A DNA stretch of 64,000 nt from Isurus oxyrinchus (lineage: Eukaryota): assembly GCA_026770705.1 (NCBI GenBank), contig JANJGN010000055.1:1488001-1552000 (forward strand). The letters run 5' to 3'. The notes beneath the pieces are model-generated. The model ran no database searches, was not told the origin of the DNA, and saw nothing but the letters and a program-made list of their open reading frames with translations. Position numbers and translations under genes: made by a program. This document shows positions 26,301 through 37,608 of the stretch, one piece after another. The first letter of the stretch is position 1; each line of letters begins with the position of its first letter.

Positions 26301-28401
26301 TTTGTCCATTTGAACACGTTTATGCTCATGAGGTAGGGGGACCAGTGAAATTGAATCATCAGAAATTATTCAGTTAAAATTCAGAAACTATTCTCCGGGG
26401 TTACTTATCAAACCTAGGGAAATTATGAGCATAACATGTGAGTTGGCCGGGGAACATTTAAAAGTATCACAGCAAGAAATGAAAGTGGAAGCAAATAAGA
26501 AGGCTATAATTAGCAGTCTTGAACTGAGGAGAAAGTATTAGTTTTGCTTCCAGCACTAGGGGATTCCATAAATGCAAGATATATGGATCCTTACAGAGTT
26601 GAAAATAACTTGAATGAAGTAAATCATTTACTAATTATTACAGATAGAAGAAAGAAGCAGAGGGTGTTCATATAAATATGCTTGAGAAGTACTTCGAAAG
26701 GGAAGAGGAATAAAAAGAGTTGTTAATGATGGTGGATGATCAGATAGAGCTAGAGCTACATGACTCTGAAATCGATACCACTCTAATCAAATTGGTTAAA
26801 GTGGGGATGCTTGAAAATTTAAATGAAATGTGAAGTTACCTTCCAAACAAATTTCAACGTGATTTGAAAAAGCTAATGCAGTCACACAAACATATTTGTG
26901 CAAATATGTTGTGAAAAGAACGTTTAGCTACATTTGATGTCTCAGTGCACTTTCATCTTCAATAAGGCAACATCCTTACAGTTAAAATCCGACACAGTTA
27001 CCACATGTATAATAATAAATTGATCTCCTGCTTTAAAATGATATCATTGAGAGTCCTTGCAGTACCTGTATTTCGCCCATTGTACTGGTGCCGAAACCAA
27101 TTGGAAATCAAATACTGTTTGTGGACTATTGGAAAGTGAGTTCGGTGCCTAAGGCAGACTCATATTCCCCACCACAGTTCGAAGTTTGCATTGAGAAAGT
27201 GGGACAATCGAAATTTAACACAAATATAGGCTTGCTCAAAGGATAGTGCCACGTGCCTTTGTGGCATAGAGCAAAGGAGATATCAGTTTTTGTAACGCCA
27301 AGTGCACTAAGTTAGTTGAAAGTCATGCCATTTGGTATTTCAGAGACTGGCAAAGAAAGCCATTGTGGGTCTAAGCAATTGTGTTCATATTGATGATCTA
27401 ATTGTTTTCAGACAGTTGTGGCAGGAACACTTACAGCATCTGGAAGAATTATTTATTCCACTACATGAAGTTAATTTGATTATCAACTTGGCTAAATGTG
27501 AATGTGAAAAAGCGCAAGTTACCCATCTAGGCCATATCATTGGGAATGGTAGGGTGGCTCCGCGCGTCGCGAAAGTGAAGATTGTCATGAATTTCCAGGT
27601 GCCTACAACAGAATGAGAAATATTGAGATTTCTGGGCATGAATGGGTTTTACCGGACATTTGCACCCAATTATAGGCAAGTGGTTGCACCACAGATTGAA
27701 CTATTTATAAAGAACAAGAAGTTTCAATGGACACTGGAGTATCAGAAGTCCTTCAATAGCTTGAAAACTGTATTAATTACGGCAGCAATATTGGCAGCAC
27801 ACAGTCATGCCAAGCAATTCAAGTTGGCAGCTGATCCAACCGATATAACTATTGGGGTTTGCTCCTACAAGAAGATGGCATTGGAATTGAAAAACAGATA
27901 GGAAATTTAGATATTAACTAGTCGAGAATGATACTTTGAGGTTGGTGCTCGCATTGTGGTCTTTTCAAATTCACGTTGCAATTCATCATAAACTTTTGAA
28001 ATTCATGTTGCAAATAATTCATCATAAACTATTGATTCAATGGATTGTGCTCCGTTGAAGTTTTTGGACAAATGTCAATACAAAAGTTCAAAGCTTTTCA
28101 GATGGATCTATTATTACATCCGTTTAATCTACACATTATACATATTGCTGGAAGGGAAAATATGTTCACAGATATCAAGAATTTAAAGCTTAAGATAAGT
28201 TGGGACATTAAAAATATCCTGGACACTGAACTAGAGTGATTTTTGTTGATACCAAGTGCTTTTTAAAATACATTATTATGTAAATGCATGGATCGTGTAA
28301 TTTATTAGTATAATGAATAAAGGAGATAGTATGAAATGGGTGATTATCATATGGCTGTCTTTTTAGAATTACGGTGGCTCATCTTTCGCTTAAGAGGGGA
28401 A

Positions 28402-29125
28402 TGCCTTTAGATATTAATGTTTATAATATTTTGGAAAATATTTTTTTATTTTGAAATTAAGTTTTAGTCTTTGGGTGTGTCTTAATTGGATTAAAGCCAG
28501 CTAGTCTGGGGTATGTGTGTTTTGATGGGTATTAGTTTTGATATTGAAGAGAGATAGCGTGCATTTCCATTTTTTGAATAGAGCATTCAAAATATGGGGT
28601 GAGAACTTGACGCCTATCTAGCAGATGCGAAGCCATATGTTTACATTAATGATGAAATTGTTACTATGAAAAGGTTTGACTGTTTGTCGGTGAAATTCAA
28701 AGAGGTTGGTAAGCAATGATAATTTGTATTGATTAATTAGGGGTATGAAGAACTTCAGCTCTTTTCGGGTGAACAGAGCAGAGAGAATGTGAGATCAAAA
28801 GCAGCTGCAGGGCTCCAACTGGCTTCACAGTGAAAATAACCTCATTGTGAATTAGTATGGTGAACATGCTTTGCCTGGTGTTTGGTTAAGTTTTTGGGTT
28901 GCTTTTGCCACAATACGGTTAGTTTATAATTTGTTAAATGTTTTGTTAGTAATGAATTCTAACCAGGAGTATATATCTTAACCTATCTTTATTAATAAAC
29001 TGTTTCAATTAATGTAATATAAAACCTCAAGAACTGGTGGTCTGATTCCTGAATTTTGAGTTCCATCTCAAACATAACACTTAAAATTAGAAATTAAAAT
29101 TTTCCTCTGGGTTTTTGTTAATAAC
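28402..29125 (+). repeat. 3' LTR of element 2 (3' tip missing)
   Basis: Preceded by the PPT aagaggggaa. Shares gggtgtgtctta, atgtgagatcaaaag, tgctttgcctggtgtt.ggttaagt and catctcaaacataaca with the 5' LTR. Confidence 0.8.
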
Positions 29126-30569
29126 TAGGCCTGAAAATCCGTATTTCTCAATAAACCCTCCCCGCTTTCCTATCCCCCCGGCAGACACGTAAATGAAGTT
29201 TCAGGAAACACAGGGTATGTGATTGACAATTCTTCTTCAAGTTGTTGCTCAATTAATGGTTTGAAGATGGAATATATCTTAAGTTTGGCTTCACACAGCT
29301 GAGTAATTCCAACAGGATTAACTAAAAATTAAGAAAAAAAAAGTGTTAAAAAGGAACAGCAGAGAATCTGAATTCTAACGTTGCCAATGGAGATGATTTT
29401 CGGTTAACAACATGCCAGTATCAGCTCCTGTTACTGGAATGGTTCCTACTTCTGTGCTGATCTCTCCACTTGTGTAGAACACAACTGTTTTTGAGTCAGT
29501 GCAGTGTCCGTGAAGGAAGTGGTTAATTAATATGTCATACAGTATTTCAGTCTAATTTAAACCAAGATGGAAGCTGCTCACCCCAAGGAGCAATTTCCAA
29601 CACACGTTCTTGCTCTTTGGGATAAGAGGTAGGTTGCTAAAATGAACCTTTTGCTGAGAATTGTTAATGAGGAATTTCGTTTTCTCCATTGATTACGTGC
29701 TCATGTCTCAGACAAGCCACTGTCGAGGAGAAATGTGGCGAGGAGCAATGGATCCATTAGACTCTGGATTTATACTGATACATCCTGATATTGGGCAAAC
29801 TTGAACATCAAATGTCAGAGAAAATATCGTGATAGAGTCTTGGGAAATGTACAACAGAACAGGATTCCATCTCATCAGTTTTGTCCCTGTTGGCAGCAAT
29901 GTGAAAAAGTGCAGAGTTAAAATTGGCCAGCAAATAAAATTCGATCCCTGTGGATGGATGATGAATAATTGGAATTAAGATTTCTTTTATTTTCTTGCAA
30001 CTAAATGTCAATTGTGAGCTCCAGAATGTGAGTGCGAGGCTTCTATGTCTAATTAGTATTAAATGTGTGGAAAACCTCCATTATAATCGTGTGGCACTTT
30101 CCTCTGAGATATAGCTTTCTTTTTCGTTTTCATACAAAGATCCCACAATTTAGTAATTCTTGACGTGGGAAGATGCCTACTTGCCATTATTAGATATATT
30201 TTGCTTTAATACCACTGAATGTCAAAACTCCCGTTCAGAGCGGTGCTCTGAGAATGAATACTACAGCTTCACTTTGGCATATCACAGTAGAACCTATTTT
30301 CTTAAGGCAACGTTGGGGCCATCCCCTCTTTTGCACCATCATTTCAATGCCTGCCATGTGGGCATTGATGCTTCAAACAATGAGCCAGGGTATATCTTGA
30401 ATATCCCAGTCTAGGACAGCAGAATCGTAGGTACCAACACTTGGACCTCTGAATTGCACCCACATGCAAACATTTCTGAACATACTTTTGCATCGAATCA
30501 TGTTGTCGCTATGACCACCAGTGATTATACAACCTAATTTGGTATGCTACCATGTAAGTTGTTGTCTCG

Positions 30570-30755
30570 GTGATCTGATCATCCATGGATACTAAGAGAA
30601 GTAAGTGTGGAAATTGTAGAGGCAATGTCCATAATCAAAAATACCTCCTATGGTGCAGGGGCTGTGTGGCAGGCCTGGGGAATGGCAAATCTTACATCCT
30701 TCAAAAAATTGTGCAAAGCTACAGGTCATTCATTTTAATCTTGATTGTTGAAGTG
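30570..30755 (+). mobile_element. CR1 ORF2 fragment
   Basis: catccatggatactaagagaagtaagtgtggaaattgtagaggca = HPWILREVSVEIVEA, the same block as at 415-460. Confidence 0.65.
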
Positions 30756-30959
30756 CCTCAGAAAGGATAATTTGGTTCACAGTTAACTGTCAATCGAACA
30801 AAAGTGATTTGCATATTCTAAAGCATTACAAATGTGTTATCAACAGATCGTGCTGAATGATTTTGCTTGAGTTGCTGATGACTACATTGAATGAATGGCA
30901 CATCAAACAAGCAAAACGTCAACATGGTTTTGGTCTCGGCTATCTTTTGATTTGAATAT

Positions 30960-32370
30960 CAGACATAATTCACAAATTCCCCGCCAAGAGATGGAGTGGG
31001 TGTGTCGGGGACGAGTGGTGTGCGGTAAAGGGGGAGCTTGAAAAGCCTGTTTGATTGCATTCCAGGATGCCTTGCCCTAGGGCCCTTGCCTGCCATAAAT
31101 TTATGCTCGGATGTTGAGCACCTCCCCTCCCCAACTGAGGCCCATATGTGGACAATTATTGAAAACTTAAGGGTTGATTTCCATGTTGTTTCAATTTTGA
31201 GGCTTATTTCAGGAGCCAGGAAATTTCCCTCTTCAGCCCTCATGCGTGAAGGGGGAGCGGGCATGCGCAGCCACCAATCAACGTATGGCCTCCAGCTAGA
31301 AAGACTCCATCGTTAAGTGGTTTCATGCAGGCCCATCTATCAACCGACACCGAATCCCAACACTGCTGCTCTCCCCAGGAATCACCTGACATCCCCACCC
31401 TGGAAATTCAAAAGCGTACGTTTTCCACTTTTCTGAAATGTACATTTCCCCATTACGTGTTTGGAGTTTAGTGGCTAGGGAGAAATTCCATGGATGTGCA
31501 TCATGCTGTGTTCCTGCAAGCCGTAGGCTCACTGGAATTTTGCACAGGGATGGCAGGACTTTCAGCGGGCTGCCCAGAGATACCTTAATTAATGCCCATA
31601 AATGTCCACTATATGTACACTTAATGGCCACACCCCAACCTGCTTCATTTTGTAATGTATCGGGAGGAGTTCCCAGCTGTAGTTAATTTCAAACATAATG
31701 GCCTTTACGCCTCGGGTGACAAGTGTGGGTTGTCTTCCCTCAGAAGCCGCATATTAACTTAGCTCCTCCCCCGTTCAGACCCGGAACTGCTGGCTTTCCC
31801 TTAATCCCTCCTTCCGGTCTCTCCCCGTCAATTCAATGCCCTACTGTCCACTCAACCCTGGCCTCCAATAAACCCGCCTCCTTGCTACCCTTGTATATTA
31901 CCTATTCCTGAACCCCAGGTATTACCAGCCCTGGTCACTGCAGCTGCTGGCACTGCAGGGACTAGGGAGCTGTCAGGCAATCAGATTTGTTAGCAGCTCA
32001 TTAATGCAGGACATCCTCCCAAGTGAGTTGAAGAAGCCAAGCATGCAGCTAATTATTGTTTGTTGGAGCAATAATTCGCTGGCAAGCAGACAGTAGTCGC
32101 ACAGGTATGTTCCCTGCTGACTCATCGGACGGGGGCTGAGGGATGGGGGAGGGGGAGATAACCCATACCGTCTTAAAAATGCTGGCATTAAGCCGCTGGG
32201 AGCTGCTTGCAGACCAAATTCTGTACACTGCAGTGTTAGGCACTTCACGATCTAGAGATCTGCCGATCATTCAGATTTGCTGGCAGTTTCTAGGTCGGTC
32301 CTTCTCCCATCCGAGGGGCAGGTGTCCCACCAGAAGCCAATTACATTTTGTTGGAGCGTTAAATTGCTGA
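30960..32370. repeat. Probable non-autonomous DNA-transposon-like repeats (GC-richer island)
   Basis: Composition shift and motifs such as ggcccttgcctgcc and ttaatggcc. No coding homology recognised and no TIRs resolved. Confidence 0.25.
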
Positions 32371-32869
32371 AGTGAAGGAAGTATTGCAGAGATATTGGCT
32401 CTTCCAATGGCTGAAGGGAAACCACGCCAATAATTCCTGACATTAGGGTCTTTTTAAAACATGGGTTGAAGAGGGTCGCATGGAGCCCAGCACCACATAA
32501 TACACCTTCAACAGATTACTGAACAGGGATATTTGTTGTGTCGGGTTATCTGCAACAGGAAGGTAGAAAGTTCCATTGCCATCTTTTACAAAACAAGCTT
32601 CAGGTGGATTGTTGAAGCGAGAGGCAGCGAAGCCTGAGAGTCAATTTCCAGCACAATAAATGTTATTCAAGTGGTGTTTGGCTGGCGAGTTTCATGAATT
32701 CATTTTCACTGTCAACCAGGACTGTAGTTTAATCTGAAACAGTATTAAAGTGGTGTATTACGTTTACAGTTAAGCTCGTTAAACTATATAATATTATTGC
32801 AGTGTATCACTGAGTGATATTTTTAAATTGTTCATCCTAAGTAATTAAACAGAATACAACGGAGATGCA

Positions 32870-33350
32870 ATGCAAGTGATGGGTTATTGTTGTCACACGC
32901 GGGAGCTGGTAGACAGCAGTGTCATCCACAGCAACTACATGTGCAGGAGATTCCAGCCGCTACAGAAAATATGGTTCAGGTTTCATGAGCTGGAATCCGA
33001 GTTTGTGAAACTTCGGTGTCTTAGGGAGTCACCTGTATGTATTGTTCTACGAGGAAAAAAAGTTGCTTAGGTAAGGTAGTTCACAATTGTCCTGTGGACA
33101 AGGGCAGGAGAGTGTGTGACTGAGAATGAGGGAGACCTGGGGGTCAGAAAGGTAGCATTGGATGCTCCTAAACCCTTAGATTTATCCTGTAGAATTGAGG
33201 TTCCTGCAATTTGATTGAATGAGAACTGAAATTACCTAACGGATGAGCCGTGATTCAAGAGAGAATCCAAGTGAGGGATGTTGAAAGGAAATTTTATTGA
33301 TCTGGCCATTGTACATGTGGGTGGATAGATGCTACTTGTGCAACAGAGTC
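32870..33350 (+). mobile_element. CR1 ORF1 N-terminal remnant (Zn-finger/coiled coil)
   Basis: ORF 32870-33070 MQVMGYCCHTRELVDSSVIHSNYMCRRFQPLQKIWFRFHELESEFVKLR matches the CxxC..CxxC plus heptad pattern of CR1 ORF1p. Confidence 0.6.
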
Positions 33351-33917
33351 CATCAGTCGCAAAAGAAAAAAAAATGATCACAAACATAACGACCAGCGCA
33401 TTACTGCCTCAGCCTCCAGAAACTTGCCGTCGGGTAAATAACATGAGAGAGAGAAATGTTCAAAGATTCGCACTGGAGAACTAGTTTTTGATTCGTGTTG
33501 TCCTAGAACCACAATTCGAAAATAAACGCGGCACTGTTAGGTCACGCTTTGCTTGAATCACGTTCGGTCCAGATGGACACAAATGAAAAAAGAAGGCTAT
33601 GACAAGGACGTCACTGCATAAACGTGGAGCCAAAGTTACCAAGCTGGAATTAATTTTTCATGGGCATTTGCCATTTCATAATGATAGGAGCAAAATAACG
33701 TAAAATGTGATAGCTAATAGATTATGAGATCAATTATGGAGTAAGAAATAATCTTGGCTCAGAAATTGTAGCTCGGGAATTATTTTGGAATAACAAGTTT
33801 CGTGAAAAAAGTATGTCAATGTTCAAATTTGTTTCTCACCCCTCTAACACTAGCTACACTAGAGGACAGACGTTAGATCAAAATTATGATAGTATTATTA
33901 ACAACTACAAGTATCAA

Positions 33918-33978
33918 TGATGATAATAATAACACTAATCATCATCATCATCATAACCGTCACCATTAGCATTATCGT
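33918..33978. repeat. Compound trinucleotide microsatellite (ATG/ATA/ATC)
   Basis: atgatgataataataac...atcatcatcatcatcat. Confidence 0.8.
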
Positions 33979-34004
33979 AAGAACTTACACAAATATATTC
34001 CAGT

Positions 34005-36673
34005 GATAAAAACCAAGAAAACTGCGGCTGCTGGAAATCCAATACAAAAACAGAATTACCTGGAAAAACTCAGCAGGTCTGGCAGCATCGGCGGAGAAGA
34101 AAAGAGTTGACGTTTCGAGTCCTCATGACCCTTCGACAGAACTTGATTTCGAGTCCAAGAAAGAGTTGAAATATAAGCTGGTTTAAGGTGTGTGTGTGGG
34201 GGGGCGGAGAGAGAGTGAGAGACAGAGGTGATTGTGTAGACAAACAAGCAGTGATAGAAGCAGATCATCAAAAGATGTCAGCGACAATGGTACAAAAGAA
34301 CACATAGGTGTTAAAGTTAAAGTTGGTGATATTATCTAAACGAATGTGCTAATTAAGAATAGATGGTAGGGCACTCAAGGTACGGCTCTAGTGGGGGTGG
34401 GGGGAGCATAAAATATTTTAAAATATTTCAAAATAATGGAAATAGGTGGGAAAAAAAATCTATAAAAATAATAGGGAAAAAAAAGGGGAAAAAAAAGGGG
34501 GAAACAGAAAGGGGGTGGGGATGGGGGAGGGAGCTCACGACCTAAAGTTATTGAATTCAGTATTCAGACCGGAAGGCTGTAAGGTGCCTAGTCGGAAGAT
34601 GAGGTGTTGTTCCTCCAGTTTGCGTTGGGCTTCACTGGAACAATGCAGTAAGCCAAGGACAGACATGTGGGCAAGAGAGCAGGGTGGAGTGTTAAAATGG
34701 CAAGCGACAGGGAGGTTTGGGTCATTCTTGCGGACAGACCGCAGGTGTTCTGCAAAGCGGTCGCCCAGTTTACGTTTGGTCTCTCCAATGTAGAGGAGAC
34801 CACATTGGGAGCAACGAATGCAGTAGACTAAGTTGGGGGAAATGCAAGTGAAATGCTGCTTCACTTGAAAGGAGTGTTTGGGCCCTTGGACGGTGAGGAG
34901 AGAGGAAGTGAAGGGGCAGGTGCTACATGTTTTGCGTGGGCATGGGGTGGTGCCATAGGAGGGGGTTGAGGAGTAGGGGGTGATGGAGGAGTGGACCAGG
35001 GTGTCCCGGAGGGAGCGAATCCTACGGAATGCCGATAAGGGGGGTGAAGGGAAGATGTGTTTGGTGGTGGCATCATGCTGGAGTTGGCGGAAATGGCGGA
35101 GGATGATCCTTTGAATGTGGAGGCTGGTGGGGTGATAAGTGAGGACAAGGGGGACCCTATCATGTTTCTGGGAGGGAGGAGAAGGCGTGAGGGCGGATGC
35201 GCGGGAGATGGGCCGGACACAGTTGAGGGCCCTGTCAACGACCGTCGGTGGAAAACCTCGATTAAGGAAGAAGGAGGACATGTCAGAGGAACCGTTTTTG
35301 AAGGTAGCATCATCGGAACAGATGCGACGAAGGCGAAGGAACTGGGAGAATGGGATGGAGTCCTTACAGGAAGCAGGGTGTGAGGAGCTGTAGTCGAGGT
35401 AGCTGTGGGAGTCGGTGGGTTTGTAATGGATATTGGTGGACAGTCTATCACCAGAGATTGAGACAGAGAGGTCAAGGAAGGGAAAGGAAGTGTCAGTGAT
35501 GGACCACGTGAAAATGATGGAGGGGTGGAGATTGGAAGCAAAATTAATAAATTTTTCCAAGTCCCGACGAGAGCATGAAGCGGCACCGAAGTAATCATCG
35601 ATGTACCGGAGAAAAAGTTGTGGAAGCGGGCCGGGGTAGGACTGCAACAAGGAATGTTCCACATACCCCATAAAGAGACAGGCATAACTGGGGCCCATGC
35701 GGGTACCCATAGCCACACCTTTTATTTGGAGAAAGTGAGAGGAGTTGAAGGAGAAATTGTTCAACGTGAGAACAAATTCAGCCAGACGGAGGAGAGTAGT
35801 GGTGGATGGGGATTGTTCGGGCCTCTGTTCGAGGAAGAAGCTAAGGGCCCTCAGACCATCCTGGTGGGGGATGGAGGTGTAGAGGGATTGGACGTCCATG
35901 GTGAAGAGGAAGCGGTTGGAGCCAGGGAACTGGAAATTGTTGATGTGACGTAAGGTGCCAGAGGAATCACGGATGTAGGTGGGAAGGGACTGGACAAGGG
36001 GAGAGAGAAGGGAGTCAAGATAACGAGAAATGAGTTCTGTGGGGCAGGAGCAAGCTGAGACGAACGGTCTACCGGGGCAGTTCTGTTTGTGGATTTTGGG
36101 TAAGAGATAGAAGCGGGCCGTCCGAGGTTGGGCGACTATCAGGTTGGAAGCTGTGGGAGGGAGATCCCCAGAGGAGATGAGGTCAGTGACAGTCCTGGAA
36201 ACAATGGCTTGATGTTCAGTGGTGGGGTCATGGTCCTGGGAGAGGTAGGAGGAAGTGTCTGCGAGTTGACGCTCAGCCTCCGCGAGGTAGAGGTCAGTGC
36301 ACCAGACAACAACAGCACCACCCTTGTCAGCGGGTTTGATGACAATGTCAGGGTTGGACCTGAGAGAATGGAGTGCAGTAAGTTCAGAGAGAGACAGGTT
36401 AGAATGGGTGAGAGGAGCAGAGAAATTGAGACGACTAATGTCGCGCCGACAGTTCTCAATGAAAAGATCAAGAGAAGGTAAGAATCCAGAGGGAGGGGTC
36501 CAGATGGTGGGAGAATATTGGAGATGGGTAAAAGGATCCGTTGAACTGGGAGAAGACTCCTGCCCAAAGAAGTGAGCCCGGAGACAAAGACGGCGAAAGA
36601 AGAGTTCAGTATCATGCCGAGCCCGAAATTCATTGAGGTGAGGGCGTAAGGGTATGAAACTAAGTCCTTTGCG
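34005..36673 (-). mobile_element. Young 5'-truncated Penelope-like retroelement with a 10-bp TSD
   Basis: Uninterrupted RT + GIY-YIG frame and a 3' terminal repeat. Flanked by identical ATATTCCAGT at 33995-34004 and 36674-36683. Confidence 0.95.
34105..34143 (-). ncRNA. Minimal type I hammerhead-ribozyme-like motif with variant core (CUGUCGA)
   Basis: Minus strand: AGTT-CTGTCGA-A-GGGTC-ATGAG-GACTC-GAAACGTC-AACT. Stem I AGTT/AACT, stem II GGGTC/GACTC, palindromic ACGT stem III, GUC site. It lies in the PLE terminal repeat, where minimal hammerheads are known to occur. Confidence 0.6.
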
Positions 36674-36721
36674 ATATTCCAGTAGCTGTTTGAATATTCC
36701 AAAGCTGGGGGCAATTGACAT
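34535..36721 (-). CDS. PLE reverse transcriptase + GIY-YIG endonuclease (N-terminally truncated, frame open)
   Basis: KPADKGGAVVV, FYLLPKIHK, TMDVQSLYTSI, GVAMGTRMGPSYA, LRYIDD, YKPTD..YLDYSSSHP, then GIY-YIG LVYCIRCSQCGLLYIGET..R..EH..GLN. Element-derived sequence begins at ~36672 (KGLSF); the upstream ATG lies in flanking DNA. Confidence 0.92.
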   Translation of the reverse strand: MSIAPSFGIFKQLLEYRKGLSFIPLRPHLNEFRARHDTELFFRRLCLRAHFFGQESSPSSTDPFTHLQYSPTIWTPPSGFLPSLDLFIENCRRDISRLNFSAPLTHSNLSLSELTALHSLRSNPDIVIKPADKGGAVVVWCTDLYLAEAERQLADTSSYLSQDHDPTTEHQAIVSRTVTDLISSGDLPPTASNLIVAQPRTARFYLLPKIHKQNCPGRPFVSACSCPTELISRYLDSLLSPLVQSLPTYIRDSSGTLRHINNFQFPGSNRFLFTMDVQSLYTSIPHQDGLRALSFFLEQRPEQSPSTTTLLRLAEFVLTLNNFSFNSSHFLQIKGVAMGTRMGPSYACLFMGYVEHSLLQSYPGPLPQLFLRYIDDYFGAASCSRRDLEKFINFASNLHPSIIFTWSITDTSFPFLDLSVSISGDRLSTNIHYKPTDSHSYLDYSSSHPASCKDSIPFSQFLRLRRICSDDATFKNGSSDMSSFFLNRGFPPTVVDRALNCVRPISRASALTPSPPSQKHDRVPLVLTYHPTSLHIQRIILRHFRQLQHDATTKHIFPSPPLSAFRRIRSLRDTLVHSSITPYSSTPSYGTTPCPRKTCSTCPFTSSLLTVQGPKHSFQVKQHFTCISPNLVYCIRCSQCGLLYIGETKRKLGDRFAEHLRSVRKNDPNLPVACHFNTPPCSLAHMSVLGLLHCSSEAQRKLEEQHLIFRLGTLQPSGLNTEFNNFRS

Positions 36722-37608
36722 GTCAATAGTCAACTAGAGAGGGAGTTCCGAGAATGCATATAGAACAATTACTGAGAACGATACCTTCTGGACAAAAGCG
36801 CAGATGTCAGAGGTAATGAGAAGGAATGGATCTCACGATTATGTATCCTTCCGACAAGTTTGACCATAAAATTATATAAATACCCATTTGTTTTGAAGTG
36901 GACAATAGAGGACCTACAAAGTCTTGAACTTAAAAAAATATGTCACAACGGTATGAAGGGATAATTGTCAAGAGTGAAATTGGAATTTAAGTTAAGTTGG
37001 AAAGCGAGAATGACAACGTAGCAGTTATCAAAGAAGGTATTTCACACGTGCCTAAAACTCTAATATAAATTTATAAAAACAAACCACGGTGCATGGTGCC
37101 GACCTGAAATAAAAAAAAGAGGGGGTGCTGAAAAACCCAGCAGATCTGACAGAATTTGCAGCGACAGAAAAGTGCTATCGTGTGGAGATCTAACTGAGGC
37201 CTTTTCAGAAATGTGCAGTTGAACACTCATATATTTTATGCCGCAGAAAAATGGCGGAAGGTCACGTGGAGAAGAAAGGCAGGACAAGATTGGGTTTGTG
37301 AGGAGGAACTTTTAAAAAAACACAAAGATGTCATGGGAAATCATGCAAACGGAGTGGTAATGATAGTATTAAACTAAGAAAGTATCGGACGAGAGCAGGT
37401 GTATATTGGCCAACACTCTCCGAAATCATAAACATGATAACCAGACACGACCGGGTCTTGGCAATAACATATGACAGTTTTTGATAAGAAAGTATTGAAC
37501 TCGAAGTTGCATCCAGAATGCTGTAAAATTTCTAAGCTGAAGAGGAGTTTAAATTCCACCAACTTCTTTTGTGCTTCACTGGAACGTTAGAGCATGCGAG
37601 GTCAGAAA

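Larger units (their letters stand above)
22662..29125 (+). mobile_element. Gmr1-like Ty3/gypsy LTR retrotransposon 2, near full length but decayed
   Basis: LTR pair. Gag with CCHC remnant RFQCSKVGHNKSAC (~24605), protease region ~24890-25130, integrase ~25400-26700 (IIDCVG; ORF 26126-26377 LKTMLRAYC..STGFCPFEHVY), RT ~26960-27620 (ORF 27332 VHIDDLIVF..LNLAKC-like), RNase H ~27620-28170 (RFLGMNGFYR..FKLAADP). Order PR-IN-RT-RH. Confidence 0.9.

Noticed and set aside
34446-36726. Long overlapping and antisense ORFs (34446-34793, 34861-35718, 35057-35383, 36139-36726 and others)
   Set aside because: Shadow frames of the C-rich PLE coding strand, with low-complexity Pro/Ser or Gly/Glu products.
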